Below are positions 62,057 through 64,000 of a stretch of 64,000 nt of DNA, in pieces (within the stretch, counting starts at the first letter, position 1; each line of letters begins with the position of its first letter). Made by a program: the position numbers and the translations under genes. Below the pieces are notes generated by a model. It saw nothing but the letters and a program-made list of their open reading frames with translations. It was not told the DNA's origin and searched no databases. The stretch spans positions 55,368,001 to 55,432,000 of the forward strand of contig OZ076409.1 of NCBI GenBank assembly GCA_964187785.1. Direction: 5' to 3'. The stretch is from Amphiscolops sp. MND2022 (Eukaryota).

Positions 62057-63480
62057 TGTCCCAGGCTGCCACCAGTGATTTCATTTTATTTTATGTTTGA
62101 TTGCCTGTATATTCAATTTAGTGAAGGTTGCCGCGTTTCCAACCAATCAGAGAGCGCCTTACATAATTGCAGTATTATTCTGAGTGCTCTGAATTAGTGC
62201 TTTCAATTAATGGACACCATGGCCATATATCGCTTGATGGACGGACACTGAGTCCGAATTTAGAATTTAAGTGCTGTTAAATTTCATTCAAAGGCCATTC
62301 ACAGCTGTCCACCTAAATAAGTCTCTCACTTATGGCTAGTGGACAAGTAGTTCCAAAATTAAGTTTGGCATATAATTGAAATCAAGTGGGGTATTAAAAT
62401 TGGACAAATTGTCCTTCCCCCCTTTTTGGTATCGCCTTAAAGGTGAAATGACCAATTTTTAGTGTAAAATTGTTCTTTGTTACGGCATATACGAATACAT
62501 ATTGTGCGCTTATGGCTCAGTGTTATGATGATACATGAAAAGTGCATGTATTGTTTCATTATCTAGAATTACATGTATTCACGGTACGGTTAATAATATT
62601 ACGTTGATGTAGACCATGAGGCTGTGTAAACATTTTGTGCCCACAAGGTTTTGATGCTACTATCAGGATAACGAATTACGTCAACAGATTTTTGTAGTGA
62701 GACGTTGTACCATTCATTACTTTTTTTAGATATTGTGTTTTAAAAATAGTTTCATGATTTTCCATATTTTGTATGTCATGCATATTTTAGAATAAACAAT
62801 CGGGACTCCTAGTCCCAGGGACACAATTTGATTTGTAACTCCATTACTCAGACTGATTGTGAAACTCACTATATTTTACCATAGAAGAAGTTATTGACTT
62901 CTTTCCACACGAATACTTTCTTCAACAAGAAGACAAAAGACTGAACAAAACATTCTAGAGAAATGGACATGAGGTCCAATGATAACAACATGGACATGAT
63001 GCTTGGTGGAAACAATTCAGATTGCATAGAAAGGAAATTCGAGATTATATTCAATCATTCTCTCGGCCATGGTGACACCGAGGCCATTCTTACCTTCAAA
63101 ATTCCTTCACAGCAAACTGAGACTAGAAACATAGGCTGTAGAATTGAGACCACTAGGTCAAATAGACCCTTAGATTCTATGGAAATGTTATCAGAGGAAT
63201 TGAATCTCAGGTTATCCCAAGTGCGGGATTCACTCATGAACATCCTACAAGTCAGATAACTAGAGTGACCAATTCTGCCATCAATGATAGAGTGATCCCA
63301 GCGATTCGAAATGCTACGGGTAGGCTGTCTTCAGGACAGGACAGAGGGACACCGAGTCCGGTTCGTCACCAAATAATCAGGAAGATAAAGAAGGATCAAA
63401 TGGGCTTAAAACTAAATTTATAAAAAAGGACTTAAGGTCCGACTTTGATTTAAGACACACAGAGGACCTTAGTCCTTACA
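62057..63480 (+). mobile_element. 1.4-kb solo-LTR-like insertion nested in the 3' LTR of Gypsy element 2
   Basis: Begins TGT, ends ACA; flanked by CCAGT at 62052-62056 and 63481-63485; removing it restores the LTR. Confidence 0.85.
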
Positions 63481-64000
63481 CCAGTCTAGACTTTTTTACA
63501 ATTAGTACCTGCCTGAATCTATACTGCAGTGACACTCATTATGATGCTAACTTTTGTTGTGTACGCAACGCTTAACTCTTAGTTGTCATGACCCTTTGAC
63601 ATTGTTACAACTTTTCACTTGAGTCTTATTACTTCTATTCTTTTTGCGAGTCTATAACAGTAACATTTAAACTTTCGAACTACTTTCCTCAATTGTGGTA
63701 CCCCCTGAGTGTAAAACTTCTTCATTGATGCTCTTGCGTTCATTTGTAGAACCGAATTTGGCATTTCCTAACGTAATTGTATTGAAACAATGCAATATTT
63801 CTGCAATTCGTGAATATTTAACACAATATAATCTTGGTATTTTGTGTTTACCAAATTCTTGAATATATACTGTTGATTGAAAAGTTCTTCGGACAAAAGG
63901 TGTAATCATAATTTAGTGTCTCAAACTTTAGCTGAATTACGGCTAGTATTTCATTTCTTAAATTCACTTGAGTGATATGGATAATTTATCGCTCATAAAA

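Larger units (their letters stand above)
57597..63659 (+). mobile_element. Ty3/Gypsy LTR retrotransposon, decayed, RT core/RNase H deleted, integrase remnant present
   Basis: 5' LTR 57597-57793; PBS TGGCGCAGTC at 57794; PPT about 62023-62033; 3' LTR split into 62034-62056 and 63481-63659 (about 9% diverged by eye); flanks ATAAC/GTAAC. Confidence 0.92.

Noticed and set aside
63667..63909. Minus-strand ORF as a possible upstream exon of the large gene
   Set aside because: No donor in that frame gives the phase 2 required by the exon at 57107, and there is no clear motif.

Overview
AT-rich animal (invertebrate) genomic DNA. Almost the whole window is the 3' part of one large minus-strand, intron-rich gene. 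I traced 39 GT-AG exons by hand from 57107 down to a TAG stop at 388; every splice phase is compatible, giving about 6.27 kb of CDS (about 2,090 aa). The 5' end is not identified and probably lies beyond the window. The protein is cysteine-rich and apparently extracellular: two C-type-lectin-like segments, three EGF domains, seven tandem divergent Caspr/Neurexin-IV-type fibrinogen-like domains, three Ca-binding EGF domains and a terminal VWD domain with a GDPH motif. No transmembrane segment is visible. The introns and upstream flank contain two related, defective Gypsy LTR retrotransposons with complementary deletions. One has a 1.4-kb TG..CA insert nested in its 3' LTR. Also present are a solo LTR, at least six Helentron-associated (HINE/DINE-1-like) elements, several MITE/foldback elements with visible TSDs, large palindromes, tandem repeats and an antisense JmjC-like gene fragment. 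All calls are from manual reading; no searches were run.
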